From the IMG/VR virus record IMGVR_UViG_3300045988_108426, positions 1-60,573 of that record: a stretch of DNA of 60,573 nt; one strand, given 5' to 3'. Below, one piece after another: positions 41,866 through 50,191 of the stretch; position 1 is the stretch's first letter, and every line of letters starts with the position of its first letter. The translations under genes and the position numbers were made by a program. The notes beneath the pieces are model-generated. The model was not told the origin of the DNA. It did not search any database and saw only the letters and a program-made list of their open reading frames with translations. Source of the stretch: a virus.

Positions 41866-42012
41866 GTCATAAAATGTCGAACTATAACAGCCAAATCCTC
41901 TTGTTTCCCTTATCCTCAAGCCGTACAATAAACTTGTCAGAAGTTATCTGACAACATCAAGTTTTGGCAAGGGGCGGTGTAATTGGCGTTGCACTGCCCT
42001 ACATTGAGGGGA

Positions 42013-42041
42013 TTGACATAGCAGAACAGTTGTTCTATAAT
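42013..42041 (+). promoter_or_regulatory. Perfect consensus promoter TTGACA-17-TATAAT
   Basis: TTGACA at 42013-42018, TATAAT at 42036-42041. Confidence 0.75.
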
Positions 42042-42063
42042 GTGTCACATAGGAGGATTAAAT

Positions 42064-42171
42064 TTGAGTAAAGAAGAACTAAAAAGAGAAATTGTGGAAC
42101 TTGTAGACCAATGTGATAATGAGAGATTTCTTGGTATCATATACAACTTTATAAAACGATTATTTTCATAA
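42064..42171 (+). CDS. 35-aa peptide gene (TTG start) with its own consensus promoter, SD and terminator
   Basis: AGGAGG lies 7 nt before the TTG. Encodes MSKEELKREIVELVDQCDNERFLGIIYNFIKRLFS. Confidence 0.45.
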   Translation: MSKEELKREIVELVDQCDNERFLGIIYNFIKRLFS

Positions 42172-42172
42172 C

Positions 42173-42213
42173 AAAAAAGCCGAGGGTGTTAAAACTCTCG
42201 ACTTTCTTTTTTT
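42173..42213. terminator. Bidirectional terminator between the mini-gene and the repressor gene
   Basis: AAAAAA-g-c-CGAGGGT-gttaaa-ACTCTCG-a-c-TTTCTTTTTTT. Confidence 0.7.
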
Positions 42214-42223
42214 AAAATTCTAA

Positions 42224-42589
42224 TTATTTTTCTGATGAAATCAATGTTATAAATTTTTCCAAACTATCCCAATCGTCATCATCCAATTTAGATAACGCAG
42301 AAACTAAACGATATTTAAAATCTGTATTATCACCTTTTAATATGTCGGCGAACATATCAGATATTAAAATGTCTTTTGACTTTTCAATAAACATTTCGCC
42401 TTTTCCAGTACGCAACCATTCTTCATCAACATCAAGAGTAGAGCATAAAACCTTTATTGATTGTTCAGAAAGATTTCTGTTTCCATTTTCTACTAAAGAA
42501 ATATAATTCTTTGTTAATCCGAGCTTTTCGGCAAATGCATCTTGCGACAAACCTAGTTCTTTTCGCAATGTTTTTATTCGCTCTTTCAC
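42224..42589 (-). CDS. CI-like repressor (XRE-family HTH)
   Basis: IKTLRKELGLSQDAFAEKLGLTKNYISLVENGNRNLS. Divergent from a Rha gene across an operator-rich region. Confidence 0.85.
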   Translation of the reverse strand: MKERIKTLRKELGLSQDAFAEKLGLTKNYISLVENGNRNLSEQSIKVLCSTLDVDEEWLRTGKGEMFIEKSKDILISDMFADILKGDNTDFKYRLVSALSKLDDDDWDSLEKFITLISSEK

Positions 42590-42611
42590 ACTTTCACCTC
42601 CTTACATATAT

Positions 42612-42640
42612 ACAATAACATTAAAATCACACAATGTCAA
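42612..42640 (-). promoter_or_regulatory. Leftward promoter TTGACA-17-TATTGT for the repressor gene
   Basis: On the minus strand, -35 is at 42640-42635 and -10 at 42617-42612. It overlaps operator repeat 42625-42642. Confidence 0.55.
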
Positions 42641-42642
42641 AC
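42625..42642. promoter_or_regulatory. Operator repeat 1 (AATCACACAATGTCAAAC)
   Basis: 17 of 18 identical to 42690-42707. Confidence 0.65.
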
Positions 42643-42660
42643 TTTTTATTCAAAAATAGG

Positions 42661-42697
42661 TTGACAAGTATTACAGCGTGTGATATTATAATCACAC
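42661..42697 (+). promoter_or_regulatory. Rightward early promoter TTGACA-17-TATTAT overlapped by the palindrome GTGTGAT-ATTATA-ATCACAC
   Basis: -35 at 42661-42666, -10 at 42684-42689; palindrome at 42678-42697. Confidence 0.65.
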
Positions 42698-42707
42698 AAA
42701 GTCAAAC
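42690..42707. promoter_or_regulatory. Operator repeat 2 (AATCACACAAAGTCAAAC)
   Basis: Direct repeat of 42625-42642. Confidence 0.65.
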
Positions 42708-42725
42708 AGAAAGTGAGGTGAGAAC

Positions 42726-43412
42726 ATGAACGAACTTGTACATTTAGAAAATGATGAAGCTGTATGCAGTAGCTTGGAAGTTGCTGAAAAGTTCGGCAAA
42801 AGACATGATTTGGTTTTAAGAGATATTGATAAGTTAATATCTGACTGTCCAAAATTGGGGAGTGAAAATAAATCTGACTCCTCAATTTTGAGGAGTGAAA
42901 TGTTTAGAGAAACTACATATAAAAATAGTCGTGGAAAAATCTACAGATGTTTTGAAATGAATAGGGATGGTTTTTCGTTGCTTTGTATGGGGTTCACAGG
43001 GAAAGAAGCGTTAGACTGGAAACTTAAATACATAAACGCTTTTAATCAGATGGAGAACATCATCAGAGAGAAACAGTCACAGTCTTGGATTGAAACAAGA
43101 ACAGTCGGTAAGCTGTCAAGAAAAGCTGAAACAGATGTATTAAAGCAGTTAGTTGAATATGCCAAACAGCAAGGAAGTGAACACGCTGATATGCTGTATA
43201 TGACATATTCAAAACTGGCAAATAAAACTGTCGGTGTTACCAACAGAGATACCGCAACTGCTAAACAGTTGATGAACTTATCTGTTACAGAAAACATCAT
43301 ACTGAAAGTAGTTGAAGATGGTATCAATCAACAACTTCATTATAAAGAAATTTATAGGAATTGTAAAGAGAGATTAGCAATAGTTAATCATTTGGCATAT
43401 TTAACAGCATGA
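42726..43412 (+). CDS. Phage regulatory protein, Rha family (copy 2; first early rightward gene)
   Basis: SLEVAEKFGKRHDLVLRDIDKLI...MNRDGFSLLCMGFTGKEALDWKLKYINAFNQME. Confidence 0.8.
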   Translation: MNELVHLENDEAVCSSLEVAEKFGKRHDLVLRDIDKLISDCPKLGSENKSDSSILRSEMFRETTYKNSRGKIYRCFEMNRDGFSLLCMGFTGKEALDWKLKYINAFNQMENIIREKQSQSWIETRTVGKLSRKAETDVLKQLVEYAKQQGSEHADMLYMTYSKLANKTVGVTNRDTATAKQLMNLSVTENIILKVVEDGINQQLHYKEIYRNCKERLAIVNHLAYLTA

Positions 43413-43427
43413 AAAGAGGTGAGGGCA

Positions 43428-43580
43428 ATGGCTACAATGACTGAGAAAGAAAAAAGGATTGTGATACTTCTTAAAGAAGCACTTCCTAAAATGTCGGATT
43501 TTGACAAGGGCTATATTCTTGGAAAAGTTGAAAGTATGGCAGATAAGAAGAAAATGCAGAAGTGCAGTAAGGCAGTTTAA
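43428..43580 (+). CDS. Hypothetical small protein
   Basis: 50-aa ORF with GAGGTGAGGG SD, below the track cutoff. Confidence 0.45.
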   Translation: MATMTEKEKRIVILLKEALPKMSDFDKGYILGKVESMADKKKMQKCSKAV

Positions 43581-43595
43581 ACGAAAAGAGGTGAT

Positions 43596-43778
43596 ATGTT
43601 GTCAAATTACAATTTATTAAACGCAATACCTATAGCCATATTTGTTGCGGTTTCGTGTTCAATGTCATATTGGCACGGAAAATCAAAATATGGTTATGGC
43701 ATTGGTGGACTGATGTTTACTATATTGTTAGGTTTTATAGGTCAGATTCTTGTAGTATTTTACCCAATATTTTTGTAA
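43596..43778 (+). CDS. Small two-TM membrane protein
   Basis: 60 aa with segments IPIAIFVAVSCSM and LMFTILLGFIGQILVVFYPIF; GAGGTGA SD. Confidence 0.5.
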   Translation: MLSNYNLLNAIPIAIFVAVSCSMSYWHGKSKYGYGIGGLMFTILLGFIGQILVVFYPIFL

Positions 43779-44145
43779 CCGAAGATAGTTCTTTTATGGC
43801 AGATGCTTTATCTCGTTTATCTACAAAGTTGTATAAGTTATTAAACTTATCCCAATATATATTAGGGATATAGAGCATTAGTTCGCTATAAGCACGAATA
43901 AATTCGGTTCTTGATGTTGTGTAATCTGTTTCTATTTGACACGAGGTAGCTTGAAGAAAATTATTGAATACTTCTTGTTGTTTTTGAAAATACTTTAATT
44001 TCTTTTCATGATTTAATTCTAATTTACGCATTTTGACACTGTGTAAATTGTTTAGAATTGTAACGATTACAGGAGAAATTATTGCTACAACAAGTGTTAT
44101 TGCTGAAATGATAGCGGCTGGATTTAGAATATTTGTGTTTGACAT
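43735..44145 (-). CDS. N-terminally membrane-anchored protein, co-oriented with the repressor; candidate superinfection-exclusion or abortive-infection factor
   Basis: The start at 44145 (MSNTNIL) follows CGGAGGAC; TM segment AAIISAITLVVAIISPVIVTIL. The longer track ORF upstream lacks an SD. Confidence 0.5.
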   Translation of the reverse strand: MSNTNILNPAAIISAITLVVAIISPVIVTILNNLHSVKMRKLELNHEKKLKYFQKQQEVFNNFLQATSCQIETDYTTSRTEFIRAYSELMLYIPNIYWDKFNNLYNFVDKRDKASAIKELSSVTKILGKILQESDL

Positions 44146-44197
44146 AAATTTTGTCCTCCGTTTTTTTGAAAATATTATAACACATGAAAGGAGAATT

Positions 44198-44920
44198 ATG
44201 AACGATTTACAAATTTTTGAAAATTCAGAATTTGGAGAAATCCGAACAGTAACTGTAAATGATGAACCAATGTTTTGCTTGACTGATATTTGCAAAGCGT
44301 TGGAACTTACACAGCCATCAAAGGTAAAAGAAAGATTAAACGAAAAGGGTGTGCGTAGTATTCCTACCCTTACAAAAGGTGGAGAACAAAAGCTCTTATA
44401 CATAAATGAGCCAAATCTTTACAAGACAATCTTTCAGAGCCGTAAAGAAAGTGCAGAGAGATTTACAGAGTGGGTAACATCAGAGGTTCTTCCATCAATC
44501 CGAAAAACGGGAAGTTACAACAAGCCTATGACAACAGCAGAAAAAATCCACTTACTTGCACAGGGCAATGAAGAATTAAATCTGAAAGTGGATAAAGTTG
44601 AAGCTGAGGTAAAAGAGCTGAAAGACACAATGCCGCTACTTGCTGTCGATTGCGATTTGATAACAAAAGCAGTCAAGACAAAAGGCGTTGAGGTCTTAGG
44701 TGGCAAGGACAGTAATTCATACAAGGACAGGTCTTTGCGTAGTCGTGTGTATGCAGACATTCACAGAGAAGTAAAAAGGCAGTTCGGTGTCACAACTTAT
44801 AAGGCTATAAAGCGTAATCAGTGCGACAAAGCTGTTGCGTTTGTGAGAAATTACAATGTGCCGTTTGTTTTACAGGAAGAAATCAGCGAGAGCAACGCAC
44901 AGTTGAGTTTGGTAGTTTAA
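44198..44920 (+). CDS. Antirepressor-type protein (Bro-N domain + ORF6C-like C-terminus)
   Basis: Start at 44198 after AAAGGAGAA. Contains LQIFENSEFGEIRTVTVNDEPMFCLTDICKALEL...RFTEWVTSEVLPSIRKTGSY. Confidence 0.8.
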   Translation: MNDLQIFENSEFGEIRTVTVNDEPMFCLTDICKALELTQPSKVKERLNEKGVRSIPTLTKGGEQKLLYINEPNLYKTIFQSRKESAERFTEWVTSEVLPSIRKTGSYNKPMTTAEKIHLLAQGNEELNLKVDKVEAEVKELKDTMPLLAVDCDLITKAVKTKGVEVLGGKDSNSYKDRSLRSRVYADIHREVKRQFGVTTYKAIKRNQCDKAVAFVRNYNVPFVLQEEISESNAQLSLVV

Positions 44921-44944
44921 AGAAATATTGAAAGGAGATAAAAC

Positions 44945-45190
44945 ATGGATAAACAGAGATACGGCATTGTAGACAATACAGGTAAAAATATTATTGTTAA
45001 AAAAGACAATGCCCGCTACATCGGTATTGATGAACTGGCACAGCATATAGCAATGGATATTATCGAGGATTATCAGGACATAATAAAAGGCGATAAGAAA
45101 ATTGATGAAACAAACATAAAACTGTCAATCAAAGTTCTTAACGCCATAACCCCAGTAGTTGAAACTTTTAATAGTGTTTCACGCTACTAA
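44945..45190 (+). CDS. Hypothetical protein
   Basis: 81-aa ORF with AAGGAGA SD. Confidence 0.5.
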   Translation: MDKQRYGIVDNTGKNIIVKKDNARYIGIDELAQHIAMDIIEDYQDIIKGDKKIDETNIKLSIKVLNAITPVVETFNSVSRY

Positions 45191-45359
45191 ATGGATTGAA
45201 CGCCGCATTGACTTCTGCAAGCTGAGGTTCTTCAACAGGTAAAGTTTCAATAACTTCTGAATAGTATTGGTCGTACAGTTTCTTAAAGTCATCAAACGAA
45301 CCGTTGTAACCACAGATTTTAGCAGTAGCATACAATGAAGCAATTTGTTCAGTAGACAA
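45168..45359 (-). CDS. Hypothetical protein (leftward)
   Basis: 63-aa ORF with AAGGAGGTGA SD on the minus strand. Its 3' end overlaps 44945-45190 by 23 nt. Confidence 0.5.
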   Translation of the reverse strand: MSTEQIASLYATAKICGYNGSFDDFKKLYDQYYSEVIETLPVEEPQLAEVNAAFNPFSSVKHY

Positions 45360-45428
45360 TGTGTTTCACCTCCTTATTAAATGATAAGGAGATTATAACA
45401 TAATATGAAAGGAAAGTGAGGTTAAAAG

Positions 45429-45653
45429 ATGAATGAGCAGGCAAAGGCATTGAAAGAAACAATGTGCAAAGATATTGATGGAGCAAACTTCTTCTTTAAA
45501 TACCACAGAAACGGACAGGAGATAGATAAGCTGACAAAAGATGTGTTAAATCTTATCTCTGAACACTCCATGACCGTTTCTGAAATTAAAGGTTTCTTGG
45601 AATATATGAAAATTATTGTGGATAATCGTTCATATCTTCCTCAGCGGAAATAA
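45429..45653 (+). CDS. Hypothetical protein
   Basis: 74-aa ORF with GTGAGG SD. Confidence 0.5.
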   Translation: MNEQAKALKETMCKDIDGANFFFKYHRNGQEIDKLTKDVLNLISEHSMTVSEIKGFLEYMKIIVDNRSYLPQRK

Positions 45654-45843
45654 CCTTGATTGAAGTTTCTCCAAACGCTTCATTGCCGGGTATTTCTTTG
45701 GCAGTCTTGAGTATCGACAATACTTTGGCAGAGTAAGGATATTCAAGATTACAGTTAGGACAAATTATCTTGTCAGTATCAATATTTTCGTTTACAGAAT
45801 ACTTGCAATGACAAGCACAGGAAATTTGAAACTTTAAAAACAT
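45613..45843 (-). CDS. Zinc-ribbon protein (leftward)
   Basis: ATG at 45843 after GAGGTGA; CACHC...CPNC. Its 3' end overlaps 45429-45653 by 41 nt. Confidence 0.5.
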   Translation of the reverse strand: MFLKFQISCACHCKYSVNENIDTDKIICPNCNLEYPYSAKVLSILKTAKEIPGNEAFGETSIKVISAEEDMNDYPQ

Positions 45844-45908
45844 GGTGTTCACCTCTTTTCTATATTGAAGATAGAGGAATTATATCATAGAAAGTGAGGA
45901 ATATAAAT

Positions 45909-46004
45909 ATGTTTGTAAATCCGTTTGTTTTGGGAATTTTAACAACAATATTCGTTGAAATGGCGGCTTTGATTATTTGGTCGTTGCTGTCGGGTAGAAA
46001 ATAG
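45909..46004 (+). CDS. Possible 31-aa hydrophobic peptide
   Basis: MFVNPFVLGILTTIFVEMAALIIWSLLSGRK with GTGAGGAA SD. Confidence 0.4.
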   Translation: MFVNPFVLGILTTIFVEMAALIIWSLLSGRK

Positions 46005-46017
46005 AAAGGAAAAAGAT

Positions 46018-46146
46018 ATGAGTAAGATTGTTACTGATATAAATGAATTATCAGTTTTTGAAATAGAACAGTTAGCAAAAGTGCTGAGGTTTGAACTTGT
46101 TATTAACAACGGTAACGAGATAAAGATTGTGAGAAAGGAGAAATGA
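46018..46146 (+). CDS. Hypothetical small protein
   Basis: 42-aa ORF with AAAGGAAAAAG upstream. Confidence 0.4.
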   Translation: MSKIVTDINELSVFEIEQLAKVLRFELVINNGNEIKIVRKEK

Positions 46147-46149
46147 TAG

Positions 46150-46551
46150 ATGGTAGACGCAAGCAGAAAAAGCGATGCGGAGAAGTCAACGGAAGTTGTC
46201 GGTGTGCCATTTAATGCATATAACGAACTTATATGCATATCGACAAAAGTTGATGTTGTAGTCGATTTAATGTGTCACGGAGTTTTAATGGCAGACGATG
46301 TTCTGAAAATATTGAAAGTCGAAACATCTTTGCCAAAGGAAACGACATTTGAAAGTTACATAGCAGTCCCAGTTTACTTTTATAACAATCTTGTAGATTT
46401 AAAAGTGCGTGTAGATGTTCTGCTAGATATGCTGGAAAACAACGACTATGTATCAACAGACGAGATTTTAAGAACACTTGGCACAGAGTTGGCGATTGAA
46501 GAAGCCGACAGATGGGAGAAAAAGAAAAATGAAAGGGTTGACAATAAATAA
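46150..46551 (+). CDS. Hypothetical protein with an internal two-fold repeat
   Basis: VPFNAYNELICISTKVDVVVDLM...DDVLKILKVE is repeated as VPVYFYNNLVDLKVRVDVLLDML...DEILRTLGTE. Confidence 0.5.
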   Translation: MVDASRKSDAEKSTEVVGVPFNAYNELICISTKVDVVVDLMCHGVLMADDVLKILKVETSLPKETTFESYIAVPVYFYNNLVDLKVRVDVLLDMLENNDYVSTDEILRTLGTELAIEEADRWEKKKNERVDNK

Positions 46552-47335
46552 TAAAGAGTATCGAGCAAGAGAGGGAGTGAGCAGTACAGATTTAAAGAAG
46601 ATTGCAAAATCACCGGCACACTTCCGTTACTGGAAAGATAACCCACAGGAAGATACTCCGGCATTGCTTTTCGGCAGAGCCGTACATAAATATATTCTTG
46701 AAAAAGATAAGTTCACTGAGGAATTTGCGATAGCACCCGAAGTGAACAAAAGAACCAAAGAGGGCAAGGCTCAGTGGCTTTTATTTCAAGACCAAAATGA
46801 GGGCAAAGACATTATTTCACTTGAAGATTTTGAAAAGATAAAGGCTATGAGGGAAACATTATATCAGACACCTTTTGTAAGTCAGTTGTTAAAAGGCAAA
46901 AAAGAGCTGTCTTACTTCACGGAAGATGATGAAACAGGCTTAACTATAAAGTGCCGTCCCGACTGTCAGACACAGGTTGGAGATACACATATTCTGATTG
47001 ATTATAAATCCTGTGCAGATGCCAGCGGCGATAAGTTCATGCGTGACGCAATCAACTTAATGTATGACCTACAAATGGCATTTTATAAAGACATTATGGA
47101 TAAAGTGACAGGGCACGAACACTCAGTCATTTTCATAGCACAGGAAAAAACACCCCCGTATGCAGTAAACATTCTTGAAGCAAATGAGTATTTTTTGAAA
47201 AGTGGCAGAGATATGTATAGAACTTATCTCAATATTTATAAAGAGTGTTTAGAAACTGGGAACTGGTATGGTTATACCAATGGTGCTATTAACACGCTTG
47301 GTTTGCCAAACTGGTTACAGAAACAATATGAATAG
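46529..47335 (+). CDS. PD-(D/E)XK exonuclease (exonuclease VIII-like / DUF3799-type)
   Basis: GVSSTDLKKIAKSPAHFRYW...LLFGRAVHKYILE...KCRPD...ILIDYKSC. Adjacent to an annealing-protein gene. Confidence 0.7.
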   Translation: MKGLTINNKEYRAREGVSSTDLKKIAKSPAHFRYWKDNPQEDTPALLFGRAVHKYILEKDKFTEEFAIAPEVNKRTKEGKAQWLLFQDQNEGKDIISLEDFEKIKAMRETLYQTPFVSQLLKGKKELSYFTEDDETGLTIKCRPDCQTQVGDTHILIDYKSCADASGDKFMRDAINLMYDLQMAFYKDIMDKVTGHEHSVIFIAQEKTPPYAVNILEANEYFLKSGRDMYRTYLNIYKECLETGNWYGYTNGAINTLGLPNWLQKQYE

Positions 47336-47348
47336 AAAAGGAGATAAT

Positions 47349-47747
47349 ATGGATATTGTAATTTTAAATACAAGCCGTTTAAGAGTGGCTATTGATAAGT
47401 ATGTAAAGAAAAACAATGAACATAGCATGACAGATTGTTTTAAGCGTAAAAACTTAAATTCAAGTATTTTGTCGAAAAGCGAGAATAGATTTGTTTCTTC
47501 ATATAAAAATAAGGTTACGGCTGAAATTGATGAATATACAACATACGGTGCTATGTATTCTGATGTGTGGCAACAGATTAAAAATTCTTTTGGTTTTAAA
47601 GCAGAAGATTTTGAAGTTGAAAGGCTTCCTGCTACATCTAACAGCTTAACTAACGGTAAAGTTTTAGATAGAAGAATTTCAGACTTAGAAGAAAAATATA
47701 TTGTTTTGGCAAAAATAGTTGAGGAATTAAGAAGAAAAGGAGAATAG
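47349..47747 (+). CDS. Hypothetical protein
   Basis: 132-aa ORF with AAAGGAGA SD. Confidence 0.5.
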   Translation: MDIVILNTSRLRVAIDKYVKKNNEHSMTDCFKRKNLNSSILSKSENRFVSSYKNKVTAEIDEYTTYGAMYSDVWQQIKNSFGFKAEDFEVERLPATSNSLTNGKVLDRRISDLEEKYIVLAKIVEELRRKGE

Positions 47748-47752
47748 AACGA

Positions 47753-48025
47753 ATGAGCAAATTAAGAGTTTGGCATAATTGCCAAGTAGGAGCGGTTAAA
47801 AACTTTTATGTCGAAGTTGAAAGCATTGAACAGGCTTGGAAAGTTCTTAATACATTGTGGAACTATGACTTGTTTCAGTATGAAAACCGTATAAAACCGG
47901 ACTATTGTAACGCATCCGGACTTGAATATTTTGACGAGAAAGAACACGAATGGTGTGAGTGGTGCGATGATGATGGATTAGAGATAAGAGAACATTTTGA
48001 AGAATTAGAGGAAAGCGAGGAATAG
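47753..48025 (+). CDS. Hypothetical acidic protein
   Basis: 90-aa ORF. Confidence 0.5.
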   Translation: MSKLRVWHNCQVGAVKNFYVEVESIEQAWKVLNTLWNYDLFQYENRIKPDYCNASGLEYFDEKEHEWCEWCDDDGLEIREHFEELEESEE

Positions 48026-48028
48026 AAC

Positions 48029-48877
48029 ATGAATGAAGTGAGTGTTAATAATAACAATCATGTACCTTTTAACAACATAAATCAAGGTACAGTCGCAGTT
48101 GAAAGTAGCAGAGCAATAACAGAAGCACAGGGAAAATTGTTACTTGCAAAACAGTTCCCACGCAATTACACAAATTGCTATTCTGCGGCTATTGAAGCGT
48201 GTCAGCGTAAAGGTTTTGCGGATAAAGCATTTTTTACATATCTACGAGGGAGACAGACGGTAACAGGAGTGACAATTAGATTTGCTGAGGAATTAGCAAG
48301 ATGTTATGGCAACATTGACTACGGCTTTAAGGAGCTGTCACACGAAGAGGGCAAATCAGAAATGCAGGCATATGCGTGGGACCTTGAAACGAATACCATT
48401 TCAGTTCAGAATTTTACCGTTGAGCATATTATGGAAACAAGACAGGGTAACAGAAAATTGACAAGTCAAAGAGATGTTTATGAACGAACTGCAAACGATG
48501 CTTCAAGAAGAGTAAGAAGCCGTATTTTAGCAATTTTACCACCCGACTTGGTGGAAGATTGCATAAAAGAGTGCAAGAAAACGCTTGCAGGACAGAACGG
48601 AATACCATTTGCCGATAAAGTCAAAAACATGGTGGTTGCGTTTGCAAAATACGGTGTCACGAAAGAAATGCTTGAAAAGAGGTTGAACCACACTGTTGAA
48701 AGCATCAGTGAAGATGAACTTGCAGAATACATCGGCATTTTTAACGGTTTGACGCAGAAAGAAACTACTGTATCGGATTGGTTTGAACAGCCAAAAACAG
48801 CAAGTCAGATGACTGCATTACTTGAAGAAGCTGAGAAAGAAGAAAAAGAGAAAGCACAGAAAGAGGAAAAGAAATAA
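48029..48877 (+). CDS. Single-strand annealing recombinase (RecT/Redbeta/Rad52-like superfamily; family not resolved)
   Basis: Position next to the exonuclease and RusA-like gene; conserved-looking core SIRFAEELARCYGNIDYG...AYAWDLETN. Family call is by eye only. Confidence 0.5.
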   Translation: MNEVSVNNNNHVPFNNINQGTVAVESSRAITEAQGKLLLAKQFPRNYTNCYSAAIEACQRKGFADKAFFTYLRGRQTVTGVTIRFAEELARCYGNIDYGFKELSHEEGKSEMQAYAWDLETNTISVQNFTVEHIMETRQGNRKLTSQRDVYERTANDASRRVRSRILAILPPDLVEDCIKECKKTLAGQNGIPFADKVKNMVVAFAKYGVTKEMLEKRLNHTVESISEDELAEYIGIFNGLTQKETTVSDWFEQPKTASQMTALLEEAEKEEKEKAQKEEKK

Positions 48878-49278
48878 TGAAATATAAAGTGTTGATTGAT
48901 AAGAAAAACAATACATTTCCACTTAAAGGCTTGAATGAGCTGTTAGGCGGTAGATTGTATAACTTTCGCACAAAGAAATATCACAACCCTACAAAAGCAG
49001 AAAATGACAAGATATGTTTAAAAGCCATAAAAAGATGTATGCCGATGGTGAAAATCGACAAGCCTATTCAGTGTACATTTTGGATATATGCTCCGAATAA
49101 ACGACATGACAGAGGAAATCTTTGTTCGGCAGCAGAGAAAAGTTTTTTAGACGCTTTACAGTTGGCGAAAGTCATTAGAAATGATGGCTGGGATGATGTT
49201 TTTGACAGTATATTTCATACAGAGATTGACAAAGAAAATCCGAGAGTTGTTGTGGAAATTGAGGTTTTAGGAAAGTAG
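48877..49278 (+). CDS. RusA-like Holliday junction resolvase
   Basis: 133 aa; HDRGNLCSAAEKSFLDALQLAKVIRNDGWDDV resembles the RusA catalytic Asp region. Confidence 0.5.
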   Translation: MKYKVLIDKKNNTFPLKGLNELLGGRLYNFRTKKYHNPTKAENDKICLKAIKRCMPMVKIDKPIQCTFWIYAPNKRHDRGNLCSAAEKSFLDALQLAKVIRNDGWDDVFDSIFHTEIDKENPRVVVEIEVLGK

Positions 49279-49342
49279 GTGAGAATATAAATTCAGCAAA
49301 TTAAAGCAGAGCAAATCTAAAAACTAAGGAGTTGAACTACAA

Positions 49343-49906
49343 ATGAGTGCAAGGAGAGCGGCTATGCGTCGGGAACGATTGCAAAGGAACAAAATTGACA
49401 AGAAAAAAGGTGCTATGGCTGAACTTGAAAGAGCAAAAGAGCAAGGCATTATTGATGGTAGGGCGATAGGTGTTAGTGCGTGCCTTGAAGTGTTACACAG
49501 TAAATATAAATTTAGCAACAATAAAGCACAACAGTTACTCAATGTTATGGGGAGAGAAAGTGCGAGACTTGATGATACAGGTGTTAGATTTGTTGCAAAT
49601 TACTATGCTGAGAAGCTTGAAAAGAAACTAGATGCACTGGGGATGTACCAAGATGCAGCTGATATTCCTACAAAGATTTATTGTGCATCAAAGCATGAGT
49701 TGTTTGTAACATCGGTCGCAATAGCCTTGATGGTGTTAAATGAGTTATGGAATTTTAGCAGTAACGATAAAAACACTGGTAGGCTTGATTACATAATGGA
49801 GTATTGCACAAATCGGTATTTAGAAATGCAACTTGACCCCGACAAAAACACAGCAGAATATTACTTTGAGCGAATGTTAAGACGGACTGGTTATAAGTTA
49901 CATTAA
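49343..49906 (+). CDS. Hypothetical protein
   Basis: 187-aa ORF with basic N-terminus. Confidence 0.55.
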   Translation: MSARRAAMRRERLQRNKIDKKKGAMAELERAKEQGIIDGRAIGVSACLEVLHSKYKFSNNKAQQLLNVMGRESARLDDTGVRFVANYYAEKLEKKLDALGMYQDAADIPTKIYCASKHELFVTSVAIALMVLNELWNFSSNDKNTGRLDYIMEYCTNRYLEMQLDPDKNTAEYYFERMLRRTGYKLH

Positions 49907-49915
49907 GAGGTAAAT

Positions 49916-50017
49916 ATGATAGGCGAAAAGAAGAACTGTGAATATGTAGAAACACAAAGAGAGTTTATACATATATTACAGATTGAAGCAAGAGAGCAGG
50001 AAAAAAGAAAGGAATAA
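49916..50017 (+). CDS. Possible 33-aa peptide
   Basis: GAGGTAAAT precedes the ATG. A 6-bp hairpin CCCGGT-aa-ACCGGG follows at 50024-50037. Confidence 0.3.
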   Translation: MIGEKKNCEYVETQREFIHILQIEAREQEKRKE

Positions 50018-50191
50018 CGAGTACCCGGTAAACCGGGTTGATGAAGAGCGTGTTTAACTTCTGGCAGAAAATGGTCTATTAGTTGCGTGAAATAATGTAT
50101 CGGGTTCGCAAGGGCGGCGATGATGCAAGAGTAGCAAGGGAAGCGTTTAGACCGTTATCCACGATTACAGTTGTATTTGTAGCGTGGTGTT

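Noticed and set aside
43735-44403. Long versions of two overlapping divergent ORFs (43735-44403 minus, 44033-44920 plus)
   Set aside because: The extensions overlap each other by 370 nt and have poor composition. Internal starts at 44145 and 44198 each have a good SD and remove the overlap.
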